A program made the position numbers and the translations under genes. The notes beneath the pieces are model-generated. The model was not told the DNA's origin, made no database searches, and was given only the letters and a program-made list of their open reading frames with translations. Of a stretch of 64,000 nt of DNA, positions 13,490 to 26,287 are shown one piece after another. The DNA is from Squalus acanthias. Its lineage: Eukaryota. Positions within the stretch are counted from its first letter, which is position 1; every line of letters begins with the position of its first letter. The stretch is from assembly GCA_030390025.1 (NCBI GenBank), contig CM059431.1, positions 138,138,001-138,202,000 of the forward strand. The letters are read 5' to 3'.

Positions 13490-16330
13490 TTATCACAGAA
13501 TCACAGAATCATACAGAACAGAAGGAGGCCCTTCAGTCCATCGAGCCTGTGGCGGCTCTTTGAAATAGCTATTCAATTAGTGCCCCTCCCCTGTTCTTTC
13601 CCCGTAGTCCTGCAAGTCTCTCACTTCCAGTATTGATCCCGTTCCATTTTGAAAGTTAACATTGAATCTGCTTCTATCACCTTTTAAGGCAGCGCATTGC
13701 CGATCATAACAACTCGCAGCGTAGAACAAATTCTCCACATCGTCCCTTTGGTTCTTTTCTCAATTATCTTATATCTGTGTCTTCTGGTTAACGATCCTTC
13801 TGCCAGTAGAAATATTTTCTCCTGATTTACTCTATCAAACCCGTCATAATGTTGAACATCTCCAGTATATCTCCCTTTTATATTGCGTGCTCTCTGGAGA
13901 ACAATTCCAGCTTCTCTTGTCTCTCCGCATAAATTAATTCCTTCATCCTAGGTACCATTGTAGTAAATCTCTTCTGTGCCCACTCCAAGACCTTGACATC
14001 CTTCCTAAAGTGTGCTGCCAAGAATTGGACACAATACTCCTGCCGGGGCCTAACCAGTGATTTATAAAGGTTCAGCATAACATCCATGCTGTTGTTCTCT
14101 GCCCCTAATTATAAAGCTCAGGATCCCACTTGTATTTTTAACAATCTTGTCAACTTGTTCTGCCATCTTCAAAGGCTTTTGTACATAAACTCCCAGGTGT
14201 CTCTTTTCAAGCTCCCCCTTAAAATTGTACAGATTAGTTTATATTGAATCTCCTTATTTTCCTCCCAATTTTATCTTTCACACCTCTCTGCAGTAAATTT
14301 CAGCTGTCTTTTTTGATTTTTTATTAATTCATGGGATGTGCCATGGCTGGCATGGCCAGCAATTACTGCCCATCCTAAATTGCCCTTTAGAAGGTGGAGT
14401 TGAGCCGCCTTCGTGAACAGCTGCAGTCCATGATGCGGTGTTTCTCCCACAGGGCTGTTATGGAGGGAGTTGCAGGAAATTGCCCTAGCGACGAGGAAGG
14501 AACGGGGATATACTTCCAAACCAGGAAGGAGTGTGACTTGGAAGGGAACTTGGAGGGGGTGATGTTTCCATGTTCCTGCTACTCTTGTCCTTCTAGGTGG
14601 TAGAGGTCGCGGGTTTGGGAGGTGCTGTCGAAGAAGCCTTGGCGAGTTGCTGCAGTGCATCTTGCAGATGGTACACACTGCAGCCACGGTTCGCCGGTGG
14701 TGGAGGGAGTGGACTTTTAAGGTGGTGGTTGTGGTGCCAAACAAGCGGGTTGCTTTGTACTGGATGATTTCGAGCATCTTGAGCGTTGTTGGAGCTACAG
14801 TCATCCAGACAAGTGGAGAGTATTCCATCACGCTCCTGAGTTGTGCTTTGTAGATGGTGGAAATTCTTTGGATATCAGGAGGTGAGCCAATCACCGCAGA
14901 ATACCTAGGATCTGACCTGCTCTTGAAGCCACAATTTTTATGTAGTTGGTCCCGGTCCAGTTAAGTTTCTGGTGAATGGTCACGCTCAGGATATTCATGG
15001 TGGGGGATTTGGCGATGGTAATCCAATTGAATGCCACGGGCAGGTGGCTCTTGTTAGAGAGCGTCTTTACCTGGCACTTGTGTGGTGCGAGTGTTACTTG
15101 CCACTTATCAGCCCAAGACTGAAAGTCGTCCAGGTGTTGCTGCATGCGGGTACGGACTTCTTCATTACCTGAGGAGTTGCGAATGGAAGTGAAAACTGCA
15201 ATCGTAAGCGAACATCCCCATTTCTGAACAAATGATGAAGGGATGGTCATTGATGAAACAGCTGAAGATGGTTGGGCCTAGGACATTGCAGTGAACAACT
15301 CCTGCAGCGATGTCCTGGGGCTGAGATTATTGACTTCCAACAACAACAGTCATCTTTCATTGTGCTCGGTATGACACAAGCCAATGGAGAATTATCCCCC
15401 TCATTACCATTGGTTTCAATTTTACTAGGACTCCTTGATGCCACACTTGTTGAAATGTTGCCTTGATGTCGAGGCAGTCACTCTCATCTCAGCTCTGGAA
15501 TTCAGCATTTGTCCATGTTTTGACGAAGGCTGTATCGAAGTCCTGGCTGAAACCAAACTGAGCGTCGGTGAGCATGTACCACTTAATAGCACTGCCGACG
15601 ATACCTTTCATCACTTTGCTCATTTCACCAGTCTGTCTATATCCTCCTGAAGCCTACTGCAATCCCAGTCAGAGTTTACTACATTTCCTAGTTTCGTGTC
15701 ATCTGCAAACGCTCAAATATGCCACATATAATTCTATATCATTAATATTTAGCAAAAAGATCAGTGGTCGGAATAGCGAGCCCTGGGCGACACCACTTTA
15801 TACTTCCTTCCAGACTGAAAACCAATCTTTCACCACTACTCTCTGCTTTCTGTCCCTTAGCTAATGTCAGATATGCACTGCCACTGCCCCTTTGGTTCGA
15901 ACAAGTTTATTCAATGGCACTTCATCAAATGCATTTTTAAAATCCATACAAACAACGTCAACCACATTACGCTCATCAACCCTCTCCATTACTTCATCAA
16001 AGAACTCAATCAAGATTATCAGACACACTTTGCCGTTAACATATCCGTACTGGTTCTCATTTATTAATCCATGTTTCTTTCCAAGTGACTGATAATTTTC
16101 ACCGGCAATATGTCCTCTAGAAGTTTCCCCACCGCCGACGTTAGCCTGACTGTGCTGTAGTTACAGGGTTTATCCATCTCTCCTTTTTTAAACAGGTTGT
16201 AACATTTGCAACCGACAACCCTGTGGCCCCACTCCCATATTCAAGGAGGAATGAAAGATTCTGGGCAGATCCTGCGCTACTTCCACCATTACTTCCCTCA
16301 GAAAAACTCATACATCTCATCTGGATCGCG
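13490..16330 (-). mobile_element. Degraded CR1 LINE interrupted by another LINE
   Basis: LYKSLVRPRQEYCVQF remnant and 3' tail at about 13490. CR1 sequence breaks at about 14308 and resumes at about 15613. Confidence 0.85.
14310..15612 (-). mobile_element. Non-LTR LINE 3' fragment (CR1/L2-group, distinct family)
   Basis: SWADKWQVTLAPHKCQ and YKAQLRSVMEYSPLVW. Its 3' tail is shared with SINEs at 7190, 22350 and 30100. Confidence 0.82.
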
Positions 16331-16378
16331 GAAATGTTCTACTTTACTGTAGTACAAAACGTGCTGGATTGAAAGGGG

Positions 16379-16480
16379 TTAACTAAAGCTGTTTGTTCAG
16401 TGATTGTAATTAATGTTAGTCTCCACGGTTTAACTGAAGCAGTTTGTTCAATGATTGTAATTAATATCATTCTCCATGGA
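16379..16480 (+). promoter_or_regulatory. About 51-bp tandem duplication in the putative GPCR promoter with TAATTA homeodomain-type cores
   Basis: Two copies of ttaact(a/g)aagc(t/a)gtttgttca(g/a)tgattgtaattaat...ctcca(c/t)gg, 170-270 bp upstream of the ATG. Confidence 0.45.
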
Positions 16481-16617
16481 CCCTAATTGCATCAGTGCAG
16501 GTTTTCCCTCTTTTATTAATAAGGGACTCCTTTCAATGTGTTATCCCATAGTGTCAGTGAGAGCATTACATGCGGCACTAGCAGGGAACAGTGCGCTGCT
16601 CAACAGAGAGTGAGTCG

Positions 16618-16781
16618 GAATCTGAGAATAGTAGATTGGAATGTTGCAACAATGGATCAGAATCTGAGAACGGCAGATTGGAATGTAACAACAATGGATC
16701 AGAATCTGAGAACAGTAGATTGGAATGTTACAACAATGGATCAGAATCTGAGATCAGTAGATTGGAATGTTACAAGAATGG
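16618..16781 (+). repeat. 42-bp coding tandem repeat, about 4 copies (MDQNLRTVDWNVTT)
   Basis: Units start at 16618, 16660, 16702 and 16744; consensus gaatctgagaacagtagattggaatgttacaacaatggatca. Confidence 0.95.
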
Positions 16782-16916
16782 GCAAGAGTTTCTTCTGGGC
16801 GTCTGAAATGTTTTCTGAATATTATGATTATCTATCATTAGCAAGTCAGATCTATTACGCAATTCAAATTATTCAGGGCATTTACTATCCCCTCCTAGCT
16901 GCTGTTGGTGTTGCTG
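16652..16916 (+). CDS. GPR139-like class A GPCR, coding exon 1 (N-terminal repeats plus first half of TM1)
   Basis: ATG at 16652 in ACAATGG context. Reads MDQNLRTADWNVTT...IQGIYYPLLAAVGVA+G and ends at a phase-1 donor G|GTAAGT (16917). Joins exon 2 in frame to give ...YYPLLAAVGVAVNLVTIVILS, a continuous TM1. Confidence 0.85.
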
Positions 16917-17084
16917 GTAAGTCTCTGTATCCAGCTATTAACTCTGTAAACATTTGCATACTGTATTACTATTCTCGGAAGTTACTCGCTCATCTGTACT
17001 GCTGTTGGTGTTCCTGTTAAGTCTCTAAATTCAGCAATTAGATCTGTACACCACGTCTCACTGTATTAATGTGTTTGTCATTTT

Positions 17085-17580
17085 AATCTTGAGAAGACCA
17101 AAGGCATTGTCTTCGGTCTTCGTCACAAACTCCATTTTTTATTTACCAATTAAGTCCCCCTTCCCGGCCAATATCTGAGGATGAACCATATTGTTTGCAA
17201 CCACGGCGTTCTCTTTAAGCCTGAGCTGAGTTCCGACCTCATATCCTCTGAATCATCCGTCCTGCCTACGACCACCTTCATAATATCGAGCGTCTCCGCC
17301 CCTCCTCAGCCCATCCACTGCATAAACTCTCACCCGTGCATTTGTTAAATCCTGAATCGACTATTCCAATACTTTCCCGGCTGGCTTCCCAGTTACAAGC
17401 CTCCATAAAGTAGAGCTCATCCAAAAATCTGCCGCTCATATCCTAACACGCACCATGTCCCGTTCACCCATCACCCCTTTGCTCAATGAACAACATTTGC
17501 TCCCGATCAGGAAATGCCTCGATCTTCATATTCTCATCTTTAAGATCAAATCCCACCATGGCCTCTCCCCTCCAATTAGT
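17085..17580 (+). mobile_element. L2 LINE fragment
   Basis: gactattccaat, agctcatccaaaa...ctgcc and cacccatcacccct are typical of the L2 ORF2 3' region. Confidence 0.7.
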
Positions 17581-17744
17581 CCCATTCCCCAGTTCTGTTC
17601 CCATCGTCCTGCAAATTGTTACACTTCAAGTATTTATCCAATTTCCCTTTTAATTTAATTTCTTCCCTGCTGTACCTCTCCCAGTCCTTCTGTCTCTATG
17701 TTTCTTTTTCTCTGCCTCTCCCTCTTCTCTCTCTCTGTTTCTTA

Positions 17745-20700
17745 CTCATAAAATCATAGAATGGTACAGCACAGAAGGAGGCCATTCGACACATCGTGTC
17801 CGTGCCATCTCTTTGAAAGTGCTGTCTCATTAGACTTCTCTTTATCCAGAGCGCTGTAATAAAATTCCCATTGAACTAATGATCCCATTCCCTTTGGAAA
17901 TTTACTATTGAATCTACTTCCACCACGTTCTCAGACAATGCGTTCCAGATCACAACAGCTCACTGCAGAAAGAAAATTCTCCTCATCTCTCCTCTGGATC
18001 TTTTGCCGATTAACTTAAATCTGTGTCCTCTGGTTACCCACCTTTCTGCCACTAGAAAACAATTCGACTTATGCACCCTATGAAATCCAATCAAAATGTT
18101 AAAAATCTTTATGAAATCTCCCCTGATGAAAAAGGGCAAAAATAAATCAGGTGTAAAAGTTTTCAATTGGGGAAAGGTCAATTTTACTAAGCTATGATGT
18201 GATTTAGTAAAAGTGAACTGGAAACAGCTACTTGAAGATAAATCATTGTCATAGCAATGGGGAGCATTCAAGGAGGAGATAGTGAGGGTTCAGAGCTAAT
18301 ATGTTCCCACGAAGAAAAAAGGAAAGGAAAGACTTGCATTTATATAGCGCCTTTCACTATCACCGGACGTCAAAAGTCGCTTTACAGCCAATGAGTACTT
18401 TTGAAATTGAGTCACTGTTGTAATGTGGGAAACGCAGCAGCCAATTCGCGCACTGGAACCTCCAACAAACAGCAATGTGATAATGACCAGATAATCTGAT
18501 TTGTTATGTTGATTGAGGGATAAATATTGACCAGGATACCTGGGACAACGCACCTGCTCTTCTTTGAAATAGTGCCATGGGCTCTTTTACATTCACCTGA
18601 CAGAGCAGACTGGGCCTCCGTTTAACGTCTCAACCGAAAGACGGCACCTCCGACAGTGCAGCACTCCTTAAGAACTGCACTGGAGTGTCAGCATAGCTTT
18701 ATGTGCACAGGTGCCTGGAGTGAGTACATGAACCCACAACCTTCTGACTCAGATGTTTGTGTGCTGCTACCTGAGCCACAGCTGACAAAAAGGATGGGAC
18801 TCTCAAATTGTGAGCCCACTGGATGTCAAGAAGCATACAGGGAGGTATAAGGGAAATAAGGGAAGCTTGTGTCAGATACTGAGAGCTCACTACTAGAGAA
18901 AGCCCAGAGGAATATAGAAAGTGCAAGGTTTACATAGGATTACATAGGATATACGGCACAGAAACAGACCATTTGGTCCAACCAGTCTGTGCCAGTGCTT
19001 ATGCACCACACGAGCCTCCTCCCCTCTTTCCTCATCTAATTCTATCAGCATAACCCTGTATTCCCTTTTACCTCATAAGCTTATCTAACCGCCCCTTAAA
19101 TGCATCTATACTATTAGCTTAAGCCATTCACTGTGGTAGCGTGTTCCACATTGTCACCACTCTCTAGGGAAAGCCGTTTATTCCGAATTCCCTATATGAT
19201 TTCTTGGTGACTATCTTATATTGATTACCTCTAGTTTTGCTCTTCCCCAAAAGTGGAAACACTCTGTATGTATTTACTCTGTCAAATCCTTTAATGATTT
19301 AAATACCTCTATTAGGTCACCACTCACCCTTCTCTTTTCAGGAGAAAAGAGACCCAGTCTGTTCATCCTTTCATGAAAGGTGTACCCTCGCATTTCTGTT
19401 ATTATCTTTGTAAATCTTCTCTGCACCCTCGACAGTGCCTCGATATTATGTTTTTTATAATAGGGCGATCAGAATTGCACACAGTACTCCAAGTGTGGTC
19501 TAACCAAGTCCACACCAAGTTTCGATACAAGTTTAACATAACTTCAATACTTTGCAATTCTATCCCTGCAGAAATAAACCATAGTGCTTGGTTTGCTTTT
19601 AGTATGGCCTTGGTAACCCGTGTCGATAATTTTCAGTGATTTGTGTATTAGTATTCCTACATCCCTTTGCTCCTCTACCACATTTTAGATACTTATTTTC
19701 CAAGTAATATGTGACCTCCCTATTTATCTTACCAAAATGTAATACCTCACGTTGGAATTCATTTGCTAATTATATGCCCATTCTGCAAGTTTATTAAGGT
19801 CTTCTTGTAATTTGTTGCTGTCCTCCTCAGCATTGGCCTTCCCCTCCAATTTAGTGTCGTCCACAAATCTAGAAATTATGTTTCTGGTTCCAATGTCTAA
19901 ATCATTAATATAAATTGTGAACAACAGTGGTCCCAGCACTGAACACCACTACCCACCTTCTTCCACGCTGATTAGCTACCCTTTATCCCTACTCACTGCC
20001 AACTCTCTGTTGCTGCCTGTGTTATTATCCTCTCCATCGCTCCGTGGCCCTATTCCCATTCCAACCTTTGTTTTTCTATTGATATGCCTGTAAAACATTT
20101 TACTTTTTTTTCCATGATAATGTAATTTCATAATTCCTGTTTGGATTCCTTATTGGTTTCTTTTTACTTCTCTTCTAAACCATTCATATTCTCCATTATC
20201 ATACTCACCCCTGCTCTCCAAGTAGTTAATGTATGCCGATTTCCTTATGCTGAATTTTTACCTTATGACTTTATTCATCCACGGTCTCTCATTAGTGTTT
20301 AGCTTGTTCTTGTTTATTAGCAGAATATTTTTTTTCCTGGACTCTGTTGAACACTATTTTAAATGTTTCCCATTGCTGTTCTACGTCATTGTTTGCGAAT
20401 GTTGTCCATTTTATTTCCTAAATGTTATTCTCAGCCCCTCAAAATCAGCAGTTCTCCAGTCTATTCCTCTTTTCGTTATCATATCTATGGCTTTCTCAAT
20501 TATTATCTTAAAGCCTATTATATTATGACCACTATTGCCTGAATGATCCACTACTTTTATTTTTCTTATCTGCTCTGGTTTATTCCCCATTACTAGATTC
20601 AATAGTGAATTCTCCCTTTTTGGGCGTTTTACATATTGGGTTAGAAAGGAGTCTTGTACAAATTGTAGGAACTCCATTCCCTTATCCCCTTTATCTTTTG

Positions 20701-22345
20701 TCCAATTATTATCTGGGTATTTGAAATCCCCCATTATTAATATTCTATATTTTTTTACGAATCTCCCGAATTTGTCTGCATATTTCTTCCTCCACCTCTC
20801 TTCCACTATTAGGTGGTTTGTTGACTACCTCTATTAGTGTGATTTAATCTTTATTAGCTTTCATCTCTATTTACATGTATTCTATTTCTGTCTTGCTGAT
20901 ACCTGCATCACTTTTAACTACTGCCATTATGGTATCCCTAATAAGTACGGCTACTCCACCTCCCCTTTTTCCCTCTCTCTATCGTTTCTAAATATGTTAT
21001 ACGCTGCAATGTTTAATTCCCAGTCCTGAATTTAAGGTAGCCTTGTCTCAGTGAAAGCAAAGAGAGGGACTGAAAAAATATTAAAAGTTAAATCAAGGAA
21101 AACCCAAAGATGTTTTTTAAATACATAAAGAGCAAGAGGACATCTAAGGAAAGAGTAGGGCCTATTAGAGACAAAAAAGGTAATCTGTGTATGGATCTTA
21201 AGGAATAATTTTCTTCTGTCTTCACAGAAAAGAACGACAATGCAGAAATTGTAGTTAAAGAGGAAGAGTGTGAAATTATATATAGGATAAGCATAGAGAG
21301 AGAGGAATTATTGAGAGGATTTGCTTCATTGAAAGTAGATACTCGCCAGGCCCGGATGAAATGTATCCCAGGTTGTTTAAAGACAAGATAAGGTTGTGCC
21401 TGGGTAACTAGTTTGAATTTGATAGGGAGGTAACGAGGAGGATCGATGAGGGTAGTGCATTAGATGTAGTTCACAAAGATATTACCAAGGCCTTTGACAA
21501 GGTCCAAAATTGCAGGTTGGTTAAAAAAGTAAAACCCCATGGGATCCAAGGAAAAGTGACAAGTTGGATCCAGAATTGGCTTAGTGGCAGGATGCAAATG
21601 GTAATGGTCGACGGGTGTTTTTGTGACTGGAAGGCTGTTTCCATTGGATTTCTGCTGGAGTCAGTACTAGGTTCCTTGCTTTGTGTAGTATACATCAATG
21701 AATTAGACCTCAATGTAGGGGGCATGATTAAAACGTTTGCAGATGATACAACAATTGGCCGTGTGGTTGATAGGGAGGAAGAAAGCGATAGATTGCAGGA
21801 AAATATCAATGGACTGGTCAGGTGGGCAGAAAAGTGGCAGATGTAATTCTATCTGGAGAAGTGGGGGGGGGGCGGCTAACAAGGCAAGGGAATACACAAT
21901 AATTGGTAGATGCTGAGAAATGTAGAGGAACAGAGGGACTTGAAGTGCATGTGCACAGATCCGTGAAGGTAGCAGGACAGGTAGGTGGTGGTAAAGAAGG
22001 CATACAGGATACACTATTTTATTAGCCAAGGCATAGAATAAAGCAGTAGAGAGGTTATGCTCGATCTCTATAAAGCAGAGGCGGTTGAGGGAGTTTATTA
22101 CCTGAGGTGCATAAATTTATGAGCGGCCTAGATAGAGTGGATAGGAAGCTGCTATTCCCTTAGCAGAGAGGTCAATAACCAGGGGCATAGATTTATCGTA
22201 ATTTGTAGTAGGATTTGAGGTCAGTTGAGAATTCCTTTTACCCAGTGGGTGGTGGGGTTCAGGAACTAACTGCCTGAAAGGGAGATAGTGGCAGAAACCC
22301 TCATCACATTAAAAAGAACTTGGATGTGCTGTGCACTTGAAGTGC
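17745..22345. mobile_element. Nested degraded CR1 fragments (+ strand host at 18125-18925 and 21050-22345; - strand at 17745-18125 and 18930-21050)
   Basis: Remnants ILIMGDFKYP...QDSFLTQYV (APE, minus) and WIQNWLSGR...FADDT (RT, plus), with CR1 3'UTR tails. Confidence 0.82.
18322..18786 (-). mobile_element. Full-length Deu-domain SINE
   Basis: Reverse complement of the 8029-8805 SINE without the interruption; flanked by aaaaagga. Confidence 0.85.
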
Positions 22346-22349
22346 CACA

Positions 22350-22665
22350 ACGTTGAAATCCCACCACCTGGGGAATTGAAATTATATTAATTAAACAAAT
22401 CTGGAATAAACAGCTAATGTCAGTAATGGTAACCATGAAACTACCAGATTGTACTAAAAACACATCTGGTTCAGGAATGTCCTTTAGGGAAGAAAATCTG
22501 CCATCGTTGCCTATTCTGGACGAAATGTGACTACTGACCCTCAGCAAGTTTGTTGACTCTTAACTGCCCTCTGAAATGCCCTAGCAAGCCAATCAGTTGT
22601 ATAAGGCGGCTCAACACCACCTTCTCCAGGGCAATTAGGGGTGGGCAATAAATGCAGTCCCGCTG
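22350..22665 (+). mobile_element. tRNA-derived SINE (second family)
   Basis: aaatcccaccac...catctggttca...gtcctttagggaag...ccaccttctccagggcaattagg. Confidence 0.75.
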
Positions 22666-22669
22666 AAGA

Positions 22670-24385
22670 ACAATAAGACCTCAGGAGCAGATGGAATCCA
22701 CGCCGAGGCGTTAAAGCATGGTGGAGAAGCACTATTGGCGTGTATACATGAACTCATTTATCTTATTTGGAAGGAGGAGAGCATGCCAGGGAATCTCAGA
22801 GATGCCGCAATCGTGACCATCTTCTGGAAAGATGAGATGTCCGATTACGGAAATTACAGAGGAATTACCCTGCTGTCTGCCACAGGGAAAGTCATCGCAA
22901 GAATCCTCCTCAATCCTCTTCTCCCAATGGCTGAAGAGCTCCTCCCAGAGTCGCAATGTGGATTCCGCCCACTAAGGGACAAAATGGGCATGATCTTCCC
23001 CGCATGTCAAGTACAATAGAAATGCAGGGAACAGCACCAACCCCTGAACATGGCCTACTTTGACCACAAAAACGCGTTCGACACTGTCAAACGTGAGGGA
23101 TTATGGGGTGTCCTCCGCAAGTTCGGCTCCCCTCAAAAGATTGTCATCATCCTCCACTTGCTTCATGACGACATGGAAGCTGTGATGCTGACCAACAGAT
23201 CCACGACAGACACAATTCACCTACGGACTTTTCTGAAGCAAGGATGTGTCATCGCACCAACGCTCTTCTCGATCTTCCTGGCTGCAATGCTTTATCTCAC
23301 CCTCAGCAAGCTCCCCGCTGGAGTGGAGCTAATCTACAGAAAAAACGGGAAACTGTTCAACGTCCGTCGCCTTCAGTCCAGATACAAGGTCGTCCCATCC
23401 TCTGTCATCGAGTTACAGTATGCAGACATCTGCGCACACTCGGAGTTCGATCTCCAAATCATCGTCAAAAACGTCACAGAAGCATACAAGGGCATGGGCC
23501 TTACACTAAACATCTGGAAGATAAAGGTCCTCGACCAAACTGCCCCCGCCACACAGTACTGCCCTCTGATTATTAAACTCCACGACCATGCCCTGGACAA
23601 CTTGGGGCGCATTTCATACCTCGGGAACCTACTGACAACAAGGTCAGACATCGATGACGAAGTCCAACACCGCCTTCAGTGTGCCAGTGCAGTCTTCGTT
23701 CGCCTGAGGAAGAGAGTGCTTGAAGACCAGGAACTCAATCCTGGCATCAAGTTCATGGTCTACAGAGCAGTAGTGATTCCCGCACTCCTGTACGCTTCAG
23801 AGACATGGACCATGTACAGCAGACACCTCAAATCACTGGAGAGGTCCCACAAACGCTGCCTCCGCATGATCCTGCAAATTAATTGGCAGGATAGGCGCAC
23901 CAACGTCAGTGTTCTCGCTCAGGCCAACATCAGCTCCGATGAATGGACCACATCATCGGAATGCCCGATACGAGACTCCCAAAATAAGCGCTCTGCTCGG
24001 TGCTCCGACATGGCAGGAGAGCCCCTGGTGGGCAGAGGAAAGGCTTCAAGGACACCCTCAGATCCTCCTTGGAAAATTGCAACACCCTCTTCAACACCTG
24101 CGAATCACTGGCCCAAGACTGCACAAAGGGGAGGAGAAGCATCTGGGACGGCGCCGAACACCTGATGTCTCTTCGCCGGGAGCAAGCAGAAGCCTAGGAC
24201 AAAAAGCAGAAGGAGCGCACCTCAACCCAAGCACCGAACCACCCGCCCCTTCAATCACCGTCTGCCACACCTGTGACAGAAACTGAAGGTGCTGCATTGG
24301 ACTCATCAGTCACCTGATAACTCATTTTTAGTGTGGAAGCAAGTCGTCCTCGGTTCCGAGGGACTGCCTAAGAAGAGAAGAAGAG
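22670..24385 (+). mobile_element. RTE-clade LINE, 5' truncated
   Basis: NYRGITLLSATGK, LPESQCGFR, KQGCVIAPTLFSIF, LQYAD, LLYASETWT, and an aagagaagaag tail. Confidence 0.92.
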
Positions 24386-24771
24386 GCAATGTTGAGGACT
24401 GGCAGCATCTCTCCCAGCCGACTGTAAGCCCCTGTGCCCTCACCTCTGGTGACCCGGTCCTGCCAGTGGAACAGGATATACCCTTGGATGGTGATGGAGG
24501 AGTCGGGAATGTTGACTGATAGGTATGGATCTGTGACTATGATTGTGCGAGAATTCAATGTTTCCATAGAGTTTCCTGGCGTATTGGGATGGCTACAGGG
24601 TATTTATCTCATTGGTTAATATTTTAAGTGTTCTGCTTTGATTCCTTGGTGTCATCACTTTGCTCGCGTTATTATATTGTCCACCTCTGTAAAGCACCAT
24701 TACAAGATTTGATGTTTGCGGTCAATCACTAGAAACACTTTGTTGTTCTTTTCTAGATTCAGGCAAATAGA

Positions 24772-25160
24772 ATGCCCTGGGAATCAAGATGCTGGACTAA
24801 GGTGGGAACATGTAACATTGGCTGCTGTGGGAATGAAATTCCTGGACTGAGGTGGGAGCTGTGTAATCTAGGTGGCCCTGGGAATGTAATTCCTGGACTA
24901 AGGCGGGAGCTGTGTAATCTAGGCCGCACGGGGATTGAAGTTCCTGGACTGAGGCAATAATAGTGTTATCTAGGCGGCAATGGGAATGAAGTTCCTGGTA
25001 CGAGACGGGAACAAGGTAATCTTAGTTGCCCAAGGAATTACTTTCCAGGACTGAAGTGGGAGCAGTGTAATCGAGGCGACCCAGGGAATTGAATTCCTGC
25101 ACTGATGTGGGAGCAGTGTAATCTCGGCGGCACTTTGAATTAAATTCCTGAACTGAGGAA
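24772..25160 (+). repeat. Degenerate 51-bp tandem repeat, about 8 copies
   Basis: The ctggact anchor recurs at 24792, 24842, 24893, 24944, 24995, 25046, 25097 and 25148. Confidence 0.9.
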
Positions 25161-25489
25161 GGGTGAAATGTTGTGCATCGCTCACTTTTAATTTAAAGCT
25201 GTGTACAATAATGTGAGCTAGATTGTGTTGCAGTGAAGTGTTGGGGTGACAATGAATCAATGAATCTGTTTCTTCAATGACTGTAATTAATGCCAGTTAC
25301 AATGAGGCCTAATGATGTCACTCGGGGATGTCCATCTGTTCTACATAAGGAGCTCCCTTCAATATGTGACATCACACAATCAGCGCATTGCCTCCAGCAC
25401 AAAGACCACCAGCCTCTCACCGAAGTGATGTCGTGGGTTCCAGGATCTCTAAGGGAAGCATTCTTGAACAGTGGCAGTCAACAAGAATA

Positions 25490-26287
25490 CTTTGGAATAA
25501 CAACAGAAAATGTTGAAAACACTCAGCAGGTCAGGCAGCATTCGTGGAGAGAGAAAGAGTTAACGTTTCAGGTCTGTGACCCTTCGTCAGAACTGAAAAA
25601 GTTTACAGCTGCAACAAATTTTAGGCAGGTGCAAGGGCAGGGAAATTGGGGTGGGGTGGAGGAGAGAACATAATGGTCTGTCTGTGATAGGGTGGAATGC
25701 AGGAGTGGTTAAATGTTGCAAATGTGGATGGGAGAAACATCAACACCTGCCGCCTGAAAAAAATAGGGCGGAATTATGGTCCGAAATTTCGTAACTCATT
25801 GTTGAGTCTAGAAGGATGTAAAGTGCCTAATAGAAAGATGTAGTGCTGTTCCTCGAGCTTCAATGCAGCTTCATTGAACACTGTAAGAAGCCAAGGACAG
25901 AGAGGTCAGAGTGGGAGAGGAGCAGAGAATTAAAGTCACAGGGCACCGGAAGCTCGGGGTCACACTTACGGACTGAACAGAAGTGTTGCGCAAAGCGATC
26001 ACCCAATCTGCATTTGTTCTCCCCAATGTAGAGGAGACCGCATCGGGAGCAGCGAATACAGTATACTAAATTGCAAGAAGTACAAGTGAATTGCTATTTC
26101 AGCGGGAAGCAGTGTTTGGGGCCCTGGACAGTGGGAAGGGAAGAGGTAAAAATGCAGGTGTTGCATCTTCTGCGCTTGCATGGGAAGGTGCCGTGGGGAG
26201 GGGAGGGGCTGTTGGGGGTGATTGAGGAGTGGACCAGGGTGTTGTGGAGGGAGCGGTTCCTTCCGAATACGGAAAGGGGAGGGGAGG
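25490..26287 (-). mobile_element. Penelope-like element 3' fragment (GIY-YIG plus pseudo-LTR)
   Basis: Minus strand translates LVYCIRCSRCGLLYIGENKCRLGDRFAQH at about 26070-25985. Terminal repeat with hammerhead at 25558-25594. Confidence 0.88.
25558..25594 (-). ncRNA. Minimal type I hammerhead ribozyme motif
   Basis: Reverse complement reads AGTT-CTGACGA-A-GGGTC(ACA)GACCT-GAAA-CGT-T-AACT. Confidence 0.72.

Noticed and set aside
16538..16651. ORF-track extension upstream of the GPCR ATG and read-through past 16916
   Set aside because: It starts at a non-ATG codon; the part after 16916 is intron following a strong donor.
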